Source: an uncultured Clostridia bacterium
GTDB taxonomy: Bacteria; Bacillota; Clostridia; TANB77; CAG-508
DNA length: 62,406 nt
Direction: 5' to 3'
NCBI GenBank assembly: GCA_947626205.1
Contig: CANQRO010000001.1
Location: 1-62,406 of the forward strand
Below, piece by piece: positions 20,131 through 30,527 of this stretch. Below the pieces are notes generated by a model. That model was not told where the DNA came from. It did no database searches and saw only the letters and a list, made by a program, of their open reading frames with translations. Position 1 is the stretch's first letter; every line of letters starts with the position of its first letter. Position numbers and translations under genes: made by a program.

Positions 20131-20590
20131 ATTCTTCTACTATTGTATAATATGTTTTATCATCAAAACTTATTCCTTCTACATAATATATATTATGGCT
20201 TTGTTCATTTATTATATATAAATCCGCATTCGTAGTTTTTGGAAGTGCTTTATATAATTGATAAGCCTGTCCATATGTTAAAGTAATATTATCTAATAAT
20301 TGTAAATCTATTACATAATATGTATCATTATCATTCGCATTCAAACCTTTTAAATGACTTGTATTTGTATATTTAGTCTCTAAAACTGGTAAAGCACCAT
20401 ATTTGGCATAATAGACATCAACTTTATCTCTTAATAATGTTATATCTTTATTCATATTATCTAGTGACCTAACATGTCCAGAAGTAGTTATGTTATATAT
20501 TAGTACACTAGTAATAATTATCATTAATCCAATTACTGTAACTAAACTTAATAAAGTAATTCCCTGTTCATTTTTCAAAGTTTTTATCAT
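20129..20590 (-). CDS. Pilin/pseudopilin-like protein with a degenerate prepilin N-terminus
   Basis: The N-terminal KNEQG|ITLLSLVTVIGLMIII resembles the prepilin cleavage/methylation segment but lacks Glu at +5. Confidence 0.4.
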   Translation of the reverse strand: MIKTLKNEQGITLLSLVTVIGLMIIITSVLIYNITTSGHVRSLDNMNKDITLLRDKVDVYYAKYGALPVLETKYTNTSHLKGLNANDNDTYYVIDLQLLDNITLTYGQAYQLYKALPKTTNADLYIINEQSHNIYYVEGISFDDKTYYTIVEE

Positions 20591-20638
20591 TTGAATTCCT
20601 CCACTCTTTCTTAAGTATATAATACAATTAATTTAATT

Positions 20639-21292
20639 TCAACTCTTTTCTAATATTTTATATATTGTATTTTTCATTTCATATTTTCTATTTTCTATTA
20701 TAACTATAGTCCATAAATATATAAGTATAAACAAAATAGCTATGTTCTTATAATAGTATATAACTATACTCGATATTGCAGTTAATAATATAATTAAAAT
20801 ATTTGAAATTTGGTTTGTGATATGCATAGATTTCATTTTTCCTTTTATTATATATAAAGTATAATAAATAATTCTCCCGCCATCTAATGGATAAATTGGT
20901 ATTAGATTAAATATACAAATTATTAAATTTGCATATATTATTTCATCAAAATATGGTATATACATTTTTGTATTTAAAATATGTGTTATCATAATGATAA
21001 TTATATTAGTTAAAGGACCTGCCCAAGCAATCAACATCTCTTTTAAACATAAGGAATTACCTCTTTTTTTCTTTTTGTTATAATCATTTGGTAATATCTT
21101 AAATTCTATACTAAGACCCATTGGCATAATTTTTAAAGTTTTCGGATGTAAACCCAATAAAATTCCACAAATTAAATGTCCCATTTCGTGTAAAAAAGCA
21201 AAAAACATTATAACTGCATAAATTTGGATTTGTCTAGTTAAGTAAAAAATTATAAGAAATAAAAAAATTTTTAGATTTATTTTTATACTCAT
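20639..21292 (-). CDS. spoIVFB: Site-2 (M50) metalloprotease, SpoIVFB-like
   Basis: Contains an HEMGH motif and NLIPIYPLDGGRI (NxxPxxxLDG), and is polytopic. Confidence 0.75.
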   Translation of the reverse strand: MSIKINLKIFLFLIIFYLTRQIQIYAVIMFFAFLHEMGHLICGILLGLHPKTLKIMPMGLSIEFKILPNDYNKKKKRGNSLCLKEMLIAWAGPLTNIIIIMITHILNTKMYIPYFDEIIYANLIICIFNLIPIYPLDGGRIIYYTLYIIKGKMKSMHITNQISNILIILLTAISSIVIYYYKNIAILFILIYLWTIVIIENRKYEMKNTIYKILEKS

Positions 21293-21347
21293 TTTAGCCT
21301 CCTAAAGTATTGAATTATATTTTTAAAAGTATAAAAACTTTATTCTT

Positions 21348-22304
21348 TTAAAAATCTAGTATACTTCGCGGATTTATATATTTCCCATTTCTTGCAATTT
21401 CAAAATGCAAGTGTGGTCCTGTTGTTTTCCCTGTTGAACCCACTTCGGCAATTTTTTGCCCTTTTGATACATAATCTCCTTTTTTCACACATAATTTACT
21501 ACAATGAGCATATAATGTAGTGACATCTTTATTTTCAATTTTTATATGATATCCATAATCTCCCGTTGTACTACATATAACTACTTTTCCTTCCATTGCT
21601 GCATAAATATCTGTTCCTGTATTAGCAGCAATATCAATTCCAGCATGATTTTTACTAACAATAGGATTATCTACATTTCTTATTCCAAATTCAGAAGAAA
21701 CAATTCCTTTTACAGGTATAATAAGAGAAAAATTATTTTTTATATATTCCTCATCTGTTTCTATGTTTAAATCTTTTTCAAATGATGTTTTCTCTATAGA
21801 TGCTGACAATGCTGTTTCTTCTACTTCAGCACCTCCAATTCCACCCTCTATTTGAGAAATATTGTTTACTACATTTGTATTATCGTTATTTACTGCATTA
21901 GATTCTTCATTAATAGAATTTGTATCTTCTATAAGATTATTTGTATCTCCATTTACTAAAATATTTTCACTATCTTCACTGAAAAAATTAACTACCATTT
22001 CATATATACCAGATAAATCTATGTCGTATGAAAGGACTTCTTTTGTCCTATTTAATACCTCTTCTGAAAAGATATAATTACTATTTTGAATTAAATAAAA
22101 TATAAAATAGATAACAAGACAAATTAACATTTGTAAAATCACTTTTTTAAGTAACCCGTAATTTTTTTGGTCACTTACATTTACAGTTGCAGTTCTTCTT
22201 CCATAACCATTTTCATTCGACTTTCTTCTTAGATAAATTTCTTCTGCTCTTTTAATTTTTTCTTCTTGTGTTAATGTTCTTTCCAATAAAAACACCTCAT
22301 TCAA
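21348..22304 (-). CDS. Membrane-anchored M23 peptidase (SpoIVFA-position partner)
   Basis: One TM segment. The C-terminus carries HAGIDIA..YAHCS..GSTGKTTGPHLHFEI. Confidence 0.8.
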   Translation of the reverse strand: MNEVFLLERTLTQEEKIKRAEEIYLRRKSNENGYGRRTATVNVSDQKNYGLLKKVILQMLICLVIYFIFYLIQNSNYIFSEEVLNRTKEVLSYDIDLSGIYEMVVNFFSEDSENILVNGDTNNLIEDTNSINEESNAVNNDNTNVVNNISQIEGGIGGAEVEETALSASIEKTSFEKDLNIETDEEYIKNNFSLIIPVKGIVSSEFGIRNVDNPIVSKNHAGIDIAANTGTDIYAAMEGKVVICSTTGDYGYHIKIENKDVTTLYAHCSKLCVKKGDYVSKGQKIAEVGSTGKTTGPHLHFEIARNGKYINPRSILDF

Positions 22305-22368
22305 ACATATTTTGTAATATATATGTTTGAATAAGGTGTTTTATTCGTTTTAAATAACATATTTATTA

Positions 22369-22716
22369 TTAAATTAAATTTACAATAATTCCAAACAATC
22401 CAACTAGTCCAAATAATACTGTTAATATCTTTATACGTTCATATTTAGCTTCTAACTGTTTTGTTTTCATTTCTAACTGCTTTGGTTTTTCCAAATTAGA
22501 AATATACTGAGTTATAACGGATTCTGCTTCTTTTATAATATAATCTTTGGAGTTTAAACTATTTTTTGCACCAACTTTTATATTTTCTTTCTTTTTTTCT
22601 ACCTTATTAAAATTTTCTATTCTTATATTTGGCTTTAAAATAACTATTGCTTCTTCTACCATATTAGATGGAAGATTTTTTAACATTACTATATTTTTCA
22701 TTGTTTCAACATCCAT
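22369..22716 (-). CDS. Hypothetical tail-anchored membrane protein
   Basis: The start is placed at ATG (MDVETMKN) after GGGGAGG. There is a single C-terminal TM segment. Confidence 0.5.
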   Translation of the reverse strand: MDVETMKNIVMLKNLPSNMVEEAIVILKPNIRIENFNKVEKKKENIKVGAKNSLNSKDYIIKEAESVITQYISNLEKPKQLEMKTKQLEAKYERIKILTVLFGLVGLFGIIVNLI

Positions 22717-22787
22717 ATTGCTACCTCCCCAAAAATTTCCTATATATAAATTTTTACCAAATTTTTGGGGAATATACATATTTTTAA

Positions 22788-23333
22788 TTATCTGTATTTT
22801 ATTGATTGATATATTCCATTTGATGTAATATTAGCTAGTTTTAAAACATTTCTTAACGATGTATTTTGAAGTGATGAAAAATTATATTTTGGAGTTTTAA
22901 AATCTATTGCAACCACTCCTTTTATACTAATATCTCCAACTGATAGAATATTTTTATTTATTCCTTTTCCACATTGCATTTTTTTATTAGATACATATAT
23001 CTTCCCTAATTCTTCTTTTTTAGCTAAGGCAGAATCTATCGCAATAATGCATGGATTTAAGTAACTTTTATATATATTTTTTACTTTTGTACTAAGTGTA
23101 GAAGCTGGTACTGGATCTTCTAATGTTCCAATTATTTTTATATTGTGATATGTTTCTTTAAAATACTCTTGCAACTTCTCTCCCACTAGTGGTCCGTATG
23201 CATCACCAATTATTTTATCAGAACCTATGCATAAAAATATATAATCTGAAAATGGAATCTCAGGATGCAAATTGTATAATTGAGTGTTAAAATCATTTAC
23301 AAAACCACGATAAATATCTTCTTCAAAAAACAT
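22788..23333 (-). CDS. yyaC: Spore protease YyaC-like protein
   Basis: 181 aa. LCIGSDKIIGDAYGPLVG is typical of the YyaC family. Confidence 0.7.
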   Translation of the reverse strand: MFFEEDIYRGFVNDFNTQLYNLHPEIPFSDYIFLCIGSDKIIGDAYGPLVGEKLQEYFKETYHNIKIIGTLEDPVPASTLSTKVKNIYKSYLNPCIIAIDSALAKKEELGKIYVSNKKMQCGKGINKNILSVGDISIKGVVAIDFKTPKYNFSSLQNTSLRNVLKLANITSNGIYQSIKYR

Positions 23334-23388
23334 ATTTTACCTCCGATGATATTTTTTATCTTATATTATTCACCTTTTACTTATCCTA

Positions 23389-23635
23389 TTACTTTTTATT
23401 TGGTGTAATAATAATGTTTATATCATCAGCTTTATTATATTTTTTTATTATATCCTCTGAAAAACTTGCCACTTCATTGGTTAATACAATTGTATCAATA
23501 TTATTACCGTATTAGTTGTTTTATTACATCATCTGTTTTTTCTAAATCTTCCAATTCATTAACATTAAATCCCATATGCTGAAAAATACGAAAACTTTTA
23601 TTGTCATTTTTTGCTTTAATCCATGAAATTCTCAT
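23389..23635 (-). pseudogene. Small V-ATPase subunit F-like ORF interrupted at an in-frame CGG (23507-23509)
   Basis: MRISWIKAKNDNKSFRIFQHMGFNV..VIKQLI stops as CGG TAA. The +1 frame continues as GNNIDTIVLTNEVASFSEDIIKKYNKADDINIIITPNKK. The joined 81 aa resemble ATP-synt_F proteins (GF.V ... ITE ... IP). It is an orphan with no neighbouring ATPase genes. Confidence 0.35.
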
Positions 23636-23719
23636 AAATATCACCATAATTTAGATTTACTCATTTTATGAAAATTATACTAAAAAATTCTAGTAATCGA
23701 AGTTTACTTTAATTTTTAT

Positions 23720-25666
23720 TTACATATTTATAACTAACTTTTGAAATTTGGATTTTATATAATTTTTAAGTTTTTCCATAAATTCATCCGGCTCAATTTC
23801 TTTTTTTGCTACCATATCTAAACCTTTTTCCCAACTTGCAGTTAATTTAGGATTTAACATATCTGGCATAGCTTTAAATACTACATCGTAAATAATTTCT
23901 CCAAAATTGCTTGGTGTAATAATTTGAGTTTTAGAGTTTATCTCTATGTAATGAATTTTTTCAAGTTTCTTTATAATTTCAGCCCTTGTAGCACTTGTTC
24001 CTATTCCTGCACCTTTTATTTGCTCTCTTAATTCCTCATCTTCAATTAATTTTCCTGCATTTTCCATTGCTAAAATTATAGAACCAGAATTGTATCTTGT
24101 TGGAGGATTTGTTTCGGAATCCTTAGTTTCAAAATTCAATATATTTATCTTTTCGCCTTTTTTTAGTGTATTTAAAATACTTAAATTATTTTGTATTTCA
24201 TCATCATCTTCTTTTGTTCCTTTTTCTTCATTTGAATTATCCACATTTTTATTCTTTAAAACTTCTAAATACCCTAAATTTAAACATATCTTTCCACTTG
24301 CTGTTAATATTTCGTTATCTATTTCAACTGTAACAGATACTTTTTGAAATTCTGCTGGTGGATAAAATATTGCAAGGAATCTTTTTACAATAACCTTATA
24401 AATATTTTTTTGAAGCTCTGGAAGTGCATTATAGTTTTCATATCCTTGTCCTGTTGGAATAATAGCATAATGGTCTGTTATTTTGCTATCATTTACATAT
24501 TTTGTTTTTGATAGATTTGTAGAATATTTTTCATCTTTCATTTTTTGAATATAGTTTTTTACTTCATCATCTGCAAATCCTTTTGCAATTCCATTTAAAT
24601 TTTTAGTAATTTCTTTAGCAACTGCACTGGAAAGCACTCTTGCATCTGTTCTTGGATAAGTAACTAGTTTTTTTTCATATAAATTTTGTATTATTTCAAG
24701 TGTTTGATCTGGTTTTATTTTAAATCTTTTTGTACATTCATTTTGTATTTCTGCAAGATTAAATAATAATGGTGCATTTTCTTTCTGTTTAGATTTTTTA
24801 AGTTCTAGAATTTTAGCTTCTTTTCCTATTAGCATCTTAGTAAAATCAATAGCATCATTTTCTTTTTTAAATCCTGTTTCATTATATAATTTTGAAGACC
24901 CAAACATTATAGATTTTTCATTTACTTTCCACTCTGCTTTAAAATTAGTATTTTCATCTCCAAATTGTCCTATAACTTTATAATATTTAGTTTTAACAAA
25001 ATTTCTAATTTCACGTTCTCTTTCTACAATCATCCCTAGTACGCAGGTCATAACACGTCCTACAGAAATTGAAGCTTTATCTAAATTAGCTTCTTTTGCT
25101 ACTCTTCTTCCATAAATAATAGATAATAGTCTAGAAAAATTTATTCCAATTAAATAGTCTTCTTTTGCTCGTAAATATGCAGAATCAGATAGACTATCAT
25201 ATTCAGATAAACTTTTAGCCTCTCTTATTCCTCTTAAAATTTCTTCTTCAGTTTGTGAATCTATCCAAACTCTTTTCATAACTGCATTTGGGTTTGGTTT
25301 TGCCATCATGAATACTAATCTTTGTATATATTCACCCTCTCTTCCAGAGTCTCCTGCATTGTATATTTCTGAAACATCTTCTCTTTTTAAGAGGCTTTCT
25401 ACAATATTGAATTGATTTTGTACATTCGGTATAATTTCATAAAGCCATTTATCTGGAATAAATGGTAATGTATCTAGTCTCCACTGTTTTAATTTTTCAT
25501 CATATTTTTCTGGATATGACATAGTAACTAAATGTCCAACACACCATGTAATAATCCATTCATCAGATTCTAAATAGCCATTTTTTCTAGTTGTATTTAC
25601 TTTTAAGGCTTTTGCGAATTCCATTGCTACTGATGGTTTTTCTGTTATAAGTAATTTTTTTGGCAT
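23720..25666 (-). CDS. topB: DNA topoisomerase III
   Basis: 648 aa. Has a Toprim N-terminus (LLITEKPSVA), the type IA signature and the active-site region VTYPRTD. Confidence 0.9.
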   Translation of the reverse strand: MPKKLLITEKPSVAMEFAKALKVNTTRKNGYLESDEWIITWCVGHLVTMSYPEKYDEKLKQWRLDTLPFIPDKWLYEIIPNVQNQFNIVESLLKREDVSEIYNAGDSGREGEYIQRLVFMMAKPNPNAVMKRVWIDSQTEEEILRGIREAKSLSEYDSLSDSAYLRAKEDYLIGINFSRLLSIIYGRRVAKEANLDKASISVGRVMTCVLGMIVEREREIRNFVKTKYYKVIGQFGDENTNFKAEWKVNEKSIMFGSSKLYNETGFKKENDAIDFTKMLIGKEAKILELKKSKQKENAPLLFNLAEIQNECTKRFKIKPDQTLEIIQNLYEKKLVTYPRTDARVLSSAVAKEITKNLNGIAKGFADDEVKNYIQKMKDEKYSTNLSKTKYVNDSKITDHYAIIPTGQGYENYNALPELQKNIYKVIVKRFLAIFYPPAEFQKVSVTVEIDNEILTASGKICLNLGYLEVLKNKNVDNSNEEKGTKEDDDEIQNNLSILNTLKKGEKINILNFETKDSETNPPTRYNSGSIILAMENAGKLIEDEELREQIKGAGIGTSATRAEIIKKLEKIHYIEINSKTQIITPSNFGEIIYDVVFKAMPDMLNPKLTASWEKGLDMVAKKEIEPDEFMEKLKNYIKSKFQKLVINM

Positions 25667-25727
25667 TTTAATTTTTCATTCCTTCCGAGTAAAACTAATT
25701 AAGTTAATAAAAAAATTTTTTATACTA

Positions 25728-26519
25728 TTAGTAACCCTTTTCTATTCTTTCATCTATATACTTATTAGCAACTTTTATTATTTCTTGCATTTGTTCTTTT
25801 GTTTCATCACATATACATAGTGGTTGCATTACTTTTTCAATATATTTATTTTCTTTTATTATTCGTAATCCCGTTATAAAGTTATAATCAAATATAAATC
25901 CAATCATATTTATATAGCTATCTAACCTATTATCAAACTCATATCTATTAGATTGTTCATAATTTTTAAAATTTTGCATTATTTTAGGACTAATGTGTAA
26001 TGGTGCAAGTTTTTCATAATCATATGCTACATTTGTGTTATTTTCAATATCTATGGCGCATGTTTTAAATATATCTGTTTTATCTGCATCGCGTACAATT
26101 TTAGCTTGTAATAATTCTTCTTTATTTAATCCAGTTTTTATTTTAAATTTATTATGATTTTTTATTGCTTTATATATGATATTATCATATTTTTCATCTA
26201 ATATAAATTTTCTAATTAATCCGTCTTTAAATAATATCTTTACACCTAAATCAGCATGATCCACACTATCTCTATCTTGAAATGTATTATATATTCTTAC
26301 TTGTTCAAATCTGCCAATATCATGTAATAAACTAATTAGCTGTGCTAAATTAGTTTGTTCTTCATTTAAATTTAAATCTTTTGCAATTTTTTTAGCTACT
26401 TCTACAGTTCTAAAAGTATGCTTCACTTTTAATTCTATTTTAGGATTATTTATATCATAAGACTTAACGTATTCACTAAATGCTTTTTCTGCTTTTAATA
26501 AATCTATCATTTTTTTCAC
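25728..26519 (-). CDS. HD-domain phosphohydrolase
   Basis: Contains LLHDIGRFEQ and RDADKTDI motifs. Confidence 0.75.
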   Translation of the reverse strand: MKKMIDLLKAEKAFSEYVKSYDINNPKIELKVKHTFRTVEVAKKIAKDLNLNEEQTNLAQLISLLHDIGRFEQVRIYNTFQDRDSVDHADLGVKILFKDGLIRKFILDEKYDNIIYKAIKNHNKFKIKTGLNKEELLQAKIVRDADKTDIFKTCAIDIENNTNVAYDYEKLAPLHISPKIMQNFKNYEQSNRYEFDNRLDSYINMIGFIFDYNFITGLRIIKENKYIEKVMQPLCICDETKEQMQEIIKVANKYIDERIEKGY

Positions 26520-26545
26520 CTTTTTAAAATTATATTATAAACATC

Positions 26546-26893
26546 TTATTTATTCAACTCAAATTTTACTGCATTTGCAATTGCATTTTCTACAAATTGA
26601 TTTAAGGAAATATCACTTACTTTAGATAAAATACTCGCTTGTTTATGAAGTTCTGGTGTAATTCTTATATTAAAACTACCACTATATTGTTTTTGTGGTT
26701 CTTTATTATAGTTTTTGCAATGTTCAATATAATGTTCTATTGCATCTTCAAAATCTTTTCTTAATTCATCAACTGTAGAGCCTTCAAAAGTAATCATATC
26801 ATTAATTCCTTCTATCTCTCCCCAGAAGCAATTATCTTCTTCACTGTATTGAATTTTTGCCCAATACCCTTTATATCTCATTACATTATTCAT
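26546..26893 (-). CDS. hicB: HicB-family antitoxin
   Basis: YKGYWAKIQYSEEDNCFWGEIEGINDMITFEGSTVDEL followed by a C-terminal RHH-like segment. It overlaps hicA by 4 nt (ATGA). Confidence 0.8.
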   Translation of the reverse strand: MNNVMRYKGYWAKIQYSEEDNCFWGEIEGINDMITFEGSTVDELRKDFEDAIEHYIEHCKNYNKEPQKQYSGSFNIRITPELHKQASILSKVSDISLNQFVENAIANAVKFELNK

Positions 26894-27151
26894 TCCAAAT
26901 CACTCCATTTTTCTAATTTTTGTATCAAATTTTTAATTTGATATTCTTTTAATACATTCCTTGGATGAGGCTTATGCATTTCTATTGTTATATTATTCTT
27001 AATATTAATAAAACTTACACGTGAACCAGAAGTTTTGCCTTTTTTTATCTTCTTCAAAACCAAGTTGTAATAATAATGTTTTCGCTTCTTCATATGTAAA
27101 ATCCTTTGGTTTTGATTGTATTTTTTTTAATAGTTTTTCTTTTCTACTCAT
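26890..27151 (-). pseudogene. hicA: HicA-family toxin, frameshifted in an A7 run
   Basis: The ATG at 27151-27149 gives MSRKEKLLKKIQSKPKDFTYEEAKTLLLQLGFEEDKK. The frame then has to drop one A of the A7 run (27046-27052 on the plus strand) to continue as GKTSGSRVSFINIKNNITIEMHKPHPRNVLKEYQIKNLIQKLEKW. Confidence 0.75.
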
Positions 27152-27173
27152 ATATTATACTCCTTTGCTATTT

Positions 27174-27201
27174 GTTTTGCAACTATTTTTTAGTTGCAAA
27201 A
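27174..27201. promoter_or_regulatory. Inverted repeat upstream of hicAB (candidate operator)
   Basis: ttttgcaact-N7-agttgcaaaa, about 25 nt upstream of the hicA start. Confidence 0.35.
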
Positions 27202-27422
27202 TGTATAATTTCATTTTGCTCCCCCTCTTTTCATTATCAATTTCTAAATTTCTTTATTGGAAAATCTAAAGAATAAAAATTATTTATTTTGTATGACCCA
27301 AGTTGATTTTTTGAAACTTTAACTATTAAAACATAATTTTATCTAAATTGCAACAATTTTATTTACTTTCTCAGTAGTTTTGTTGTATAATAACTTTATT
27401 ATATAAAAAAAGGATTGATTTT

Positions 27423-29810
27423 ATGGCATATAATTTTAAAGAAGTTGAAGAAAAATGGCAAAAGTACTGGGATGAACACAAAACATTTAAAACCGATGTA
27501 TGGGATTTTAGTAAACCTAAATTTTATGCATTAGACATGTTTCCATATCCATCTGGACAAGGTCTACATGTTGGGCATCCAGAGGGATATACTGCAACAG
27601 ATATTATATCTAGAATGAAACGTATGCAGGGATATAATGTACTTCACCCTATGGGATGGGATGCATTTGGACTTCCAGCAGAACAATACGCAATTAAAAC
27701 AGGAAAACATCCTGCAGGTTTTACTTTAAATAATATTGAAACTTTTAAAAGGCAATTAAAAATGCTTGGCTTTTCTTTTGATTGGGATAGAGAAGTTTCT
27801 ACTGCAGATCCAAGTTTTTATAAGTGGACTCAATGGATTTTTGCAAGACTTTATGAAGATGGATTAGCAAAATTAGTTGAAATGCCTGTAAATTGGTGTG
27901 AAGAACTTGGTACTGTTCTTGCCAATGATGAAGTAATTGACGGAAAGAGTGAACGTGGAGGATACCCTGTTGTTCGTAAAAATATGAAACAATGGGTTTT
28001 AGATATTCCAAGCTATGCAGAAAGTTTACTTGAAGGCTTGGATGAAATTGATTGGCCAGAATCCACAAAGGAAATACAGCGTAATTGGATTGGTAAATCT
28101 ATTGGTGCAGAAGTTATATTTAAAGTTTTAGATACAGATTATGAATTTCGTGTATTCACTACAAGACCAGATACATTATTTGGTGCTACTTATTGTGTAT
28201 TAGCACCTGAACATGAACTAGTATCTAAAATTACTACGGAAGCACAAAGTTCTTCGGTTAATGAATATATAAGACTTGCTGCTTCTAAATCTGATTTAGA
28301 GCGTACAGAGTTAAATAAAGAAAAAACTGGCGTATTTACTGGAAGTTATGCTATAAATCCTGTAAACAATAAAAAAATACCTATTTGGATTTCAGATTAT
28401 GTGCTTGCAAGCTATGGTACTGGTAGCATTATGGCTGTTCCTGCACATGACCAAAGAGATTATGAATTTGCTACAAAATTTGGACTAGAAATTATACCAG
28501 TTTTAGAGGGTGGAGATATTTCAAAAGAAGCATATGTTGGTGATGGAATTCATATAAATTCAGATTTCTTAAATGGTCTTAACAAAGAAGATGCTTTTAA
28601 TAAAATGATTGACTGGCTTAAAGAAAATAACTGTGGAAATAAAAAAGTAAATTATAAACTACGTGAATGGATTTTTGCAAGACAACGTTATTGGGGAGAA
28701 CCTATTCCAATAATTCATTTTGATGATAAAATGGAAGTATTAGAGGATAGCGAATTGCCACTTATTTTACCAGATTTGGAAGATTACAGTCCTTCAAAAA
28801 CTGGGGCTTCTCCACTTGAAAAAGCAACCAATTGGGTTAATGTAACTAAAAACGGTAAAATTGGTAAAAGAGAAACGTCTACAATGCCTGGCTCAGCAGG
28901 TTCTAGTTGGTATTTTCTTCGCTATGTTGATCCACATAATGAAAATTGTATTGCAGATAAAAAGCTATTGGATCATTGGTTACCTGTTGATTTATATGTT
29001 GGTGGTCCAGAACATGCAGTTGGACATCTTCTTTATTCTCGTTTTTGGAATCAATATTTATTTAATAAAGGTATTGTTACTAAAAAGGAGCCTTTTTATA
29101 AATTACGTCATCAAGGTATGATTTTAGGATCTAATGGTGAAAAGATGAGTAAATCTAAAGGAAATGTTGTAAATCCAGATGACATGGTTAAATTTTATGG
29201 AGCTGATGCACTTCGTATTTATGAAATGTTTATGGGACCAATTGATGCAGCAAAGCCTTGGGATCCAAATGGAATTGAAGGTTCTAAAAAATTTGTAGAC
29301 CGTATTTGGAGATTATATGCTGAATCTGATAAAATACAAGATAGAGAAAATTCTAATTTAGATAGAGTTTACAACTATACCGTAAAAAAAGTAACAAACG
29401 ATTATGAAAATATGGAATTTAATACAGCTATTAGTCAAATGATGATTTTCATTAATGCATGTTATAAAGAAGATATTGTGCCTAAAAAATATGCACTTGG
29501 ATTTTTACAACTTTTAAATCCAGTAGCTCCACATATTACAGAAGAATTATGGCAATTGCTTGGTAATAATACTTCTATTGCATATTCAACTTGGCCAACA
29601 TATAGTGAAGAAAAATTAATTGAAGAAACTTTTAATCTTCCAATACAGGTAAATGGTAAACTAAGAAGTAATATAGATATTAAAATTAATTTACCAGAAG
29701 AAGAAATAAAAGAAATTGTACATAAGCAAGTTGCATCATATTTAGACGGAAAAGAAATTGTAAAAGAAATATATATAAAAAATAAGATATATAATATAGT
29801 AGTTAAATAA
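27423..29810 (+). CDS. leuS: Leucine--tRNA ligase
   Basis: 795 aa. Contains [16 protein letters not shown] (the HIGH region) and KMSKSKGN. Confidence 0.95.
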   Translation: MAYNFKEVEEKWQKYWDEHKTFKTDVWDFSKPKFYALDMFPYPSGQGLHVGHPEGYTATDIISRMKRMQGYNVLHPMGWDAFGLPAEQYAIKTGKHPAGFTLNNIETFKRQLKMLGFSFDWDREVSTADPSFYKWTQWIFARLYEDGLAKLVEMPVNWCEELGTVLANDEVIDGKSERGGYPVVRKNMKQWVLDIPSYAESLLEGLDEIDWPESTKEIQRNWIGKSIGAEVIFKVLDTDYEFRVFTTRPDTLFGATYCVLAPEHELVSKITTEAQSSSVNEYIRLAASKSDLERTELNKEKTGVFTGSYAINPVNNKKIPIWISDYVLASYGTGSIMAVPAHDQRDYEFATKFGLEIIPVLEGGDISKEAYVGDGIHINSDFLNGLNKEDAFNKMIDWLKENNCGNKKVNYKLREWIFARQRYWGEPIPIIHFDDKMEVLEDSELPLILPDLEDYSPSKTGASPLEKATNWVNVTKNGKIGKRETSTMPGSAGSSWYFLRYVDPHNENCIADKKLLDHWLPVDLYVGGPEHAVGHLLYSRFWNQYLFNKGIVTKKEPFYKLRHQGMILGSNGEKMSKSKGNVVNPDDMVKFYGADALRIYEMFMGPIDAAKPWDPNGIEGSKKFVDRIWRLYAESDKIQDRENSNLDRVYNYTVKKVTNDYENMEFNTAISQMMIFINACYKEDIVPKKYALGFLQLLNPVAPHITEELWQLLGNNTSIAYSTWPTYSEEKLIEETFNLPIQVNGKLRSNIDIKINLPEEEIKEIVHKQVASYLDGKEIVKEIYIKNKIYNIVVK

Positions 29811-29915
29811 TGTAAAAATTGACATTTCTAATAATTATTTAATGAATTTTATATAGTAGATACTTTTTAAACTTTATATTATAAATTTGAGTAACATATC
29901 AATGTCTCTTAAATT

Positions 29916-29954
29916 AAAAAAAGGCAAAATAAATATATATTATTTTGCCTTTTG
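29916..29954. terminator. Bidirectional intrinsic terminator
   Basis: aaaaaaaggcaaaata / tattttgccttttg. Confidence 0.8.
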
Positions 29955-29983
29955 TTCATCTTAATTCCTTGCAAAACAAGTAC

Positions 29984-30331
29984 TTAGTTCCTTGCAAACC
30001 AAATATAGTACGAATCCAAAAAATTGCTGTTAGATTCTGCTTTTTCCATAAATTCTTTGAAATATAAGTAATCAGTATTTTTCTCTTCTACTTTTTCAAA
30101 GAATTTTTTGTTTTGCATTTTACCACCCTTTTCTGAGATTGCACTTTTTAAGGCTTCATAGCTTTTTTGATTAATATATCTCCCATTTAAAATACAATAG
30201 GATAATATATATTTACAAACTTCTAACTCCTTAATGTTCCAGAACCTTGGAAGTTGTCCTAACTCTCCAAAATACCGGTTTGCAAGTTCGGAGATTCTCC
30301 TTTCATTTTGATATATAAATTCTCCCTTCAT
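29984..30331 (-). CDS. Hypothetical protein (115 aa), island C
   Basis: Intact ORF. Its SD-to-start region AGGAGGAAAGCAACATGAA is identical to that of the ORF at 145..399. It has an in-frame CGG at 30275-30277. Confidence 0.5.
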   Translation of the reverse strand: MKGEFIYQNERRISELANRYFGELGQLPRFWNIKELEVCKYILSYCILNGRYINQKSYEALKSAISEKGGKMQNKKFFEKVEEKNTDYLYFKEFMEKAESNSNFLDSYYIWFARN

Positions 30332-30380
30332 GTTGCTTTCCTCCTATATTTTTGATGAACTGTTACGAGTAGCTATTTCT

Positions 30381-30408
30381 ATTATAGCATGTTTACTAGT
30401 ATTTTCAA
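30381..30408 (-). promoter_or_regulatory. Promoter for the island C ORF
   Basis: On the minus strand: TTGAAA (30408-30403), a 16-nt spacer, then TATAAT (30386-30381). Confidence 0.5.
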
Positions 30409-30527
30409 GTTGTTTTTAAAAAAAATGTTACAAAATCGTAACATACTTTTAACACTTTCGAAACACAAAACTTTAATATCTAGTATATAATTAAAATATT
30501 AAGATTACAAAGGAGAAATAATAGATT

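Noticed and set aside
26890-27151. The hicA break as another hungry-Arg-codon +1 site (0-frame AAA-AGG-C, +1 GGC).
   Set aside because: The same AAA AGG CAA string is read in frame inside intact leuS (27747-27755), and AGG is used in frame elsewhere. An A7 homopolymer indel is the simpler explanation, so I kept it separate from the CGG pattern.
27152-27422. T-box leaders upstream of leuS, and in the aspS/asnS divergent spacer (18510-18645).
   Set aside because: No T-box consensus (GGTGGTACCGCG-like) or specifier/antiterminator architecture is visible, and the spacers are short and AT-rich.
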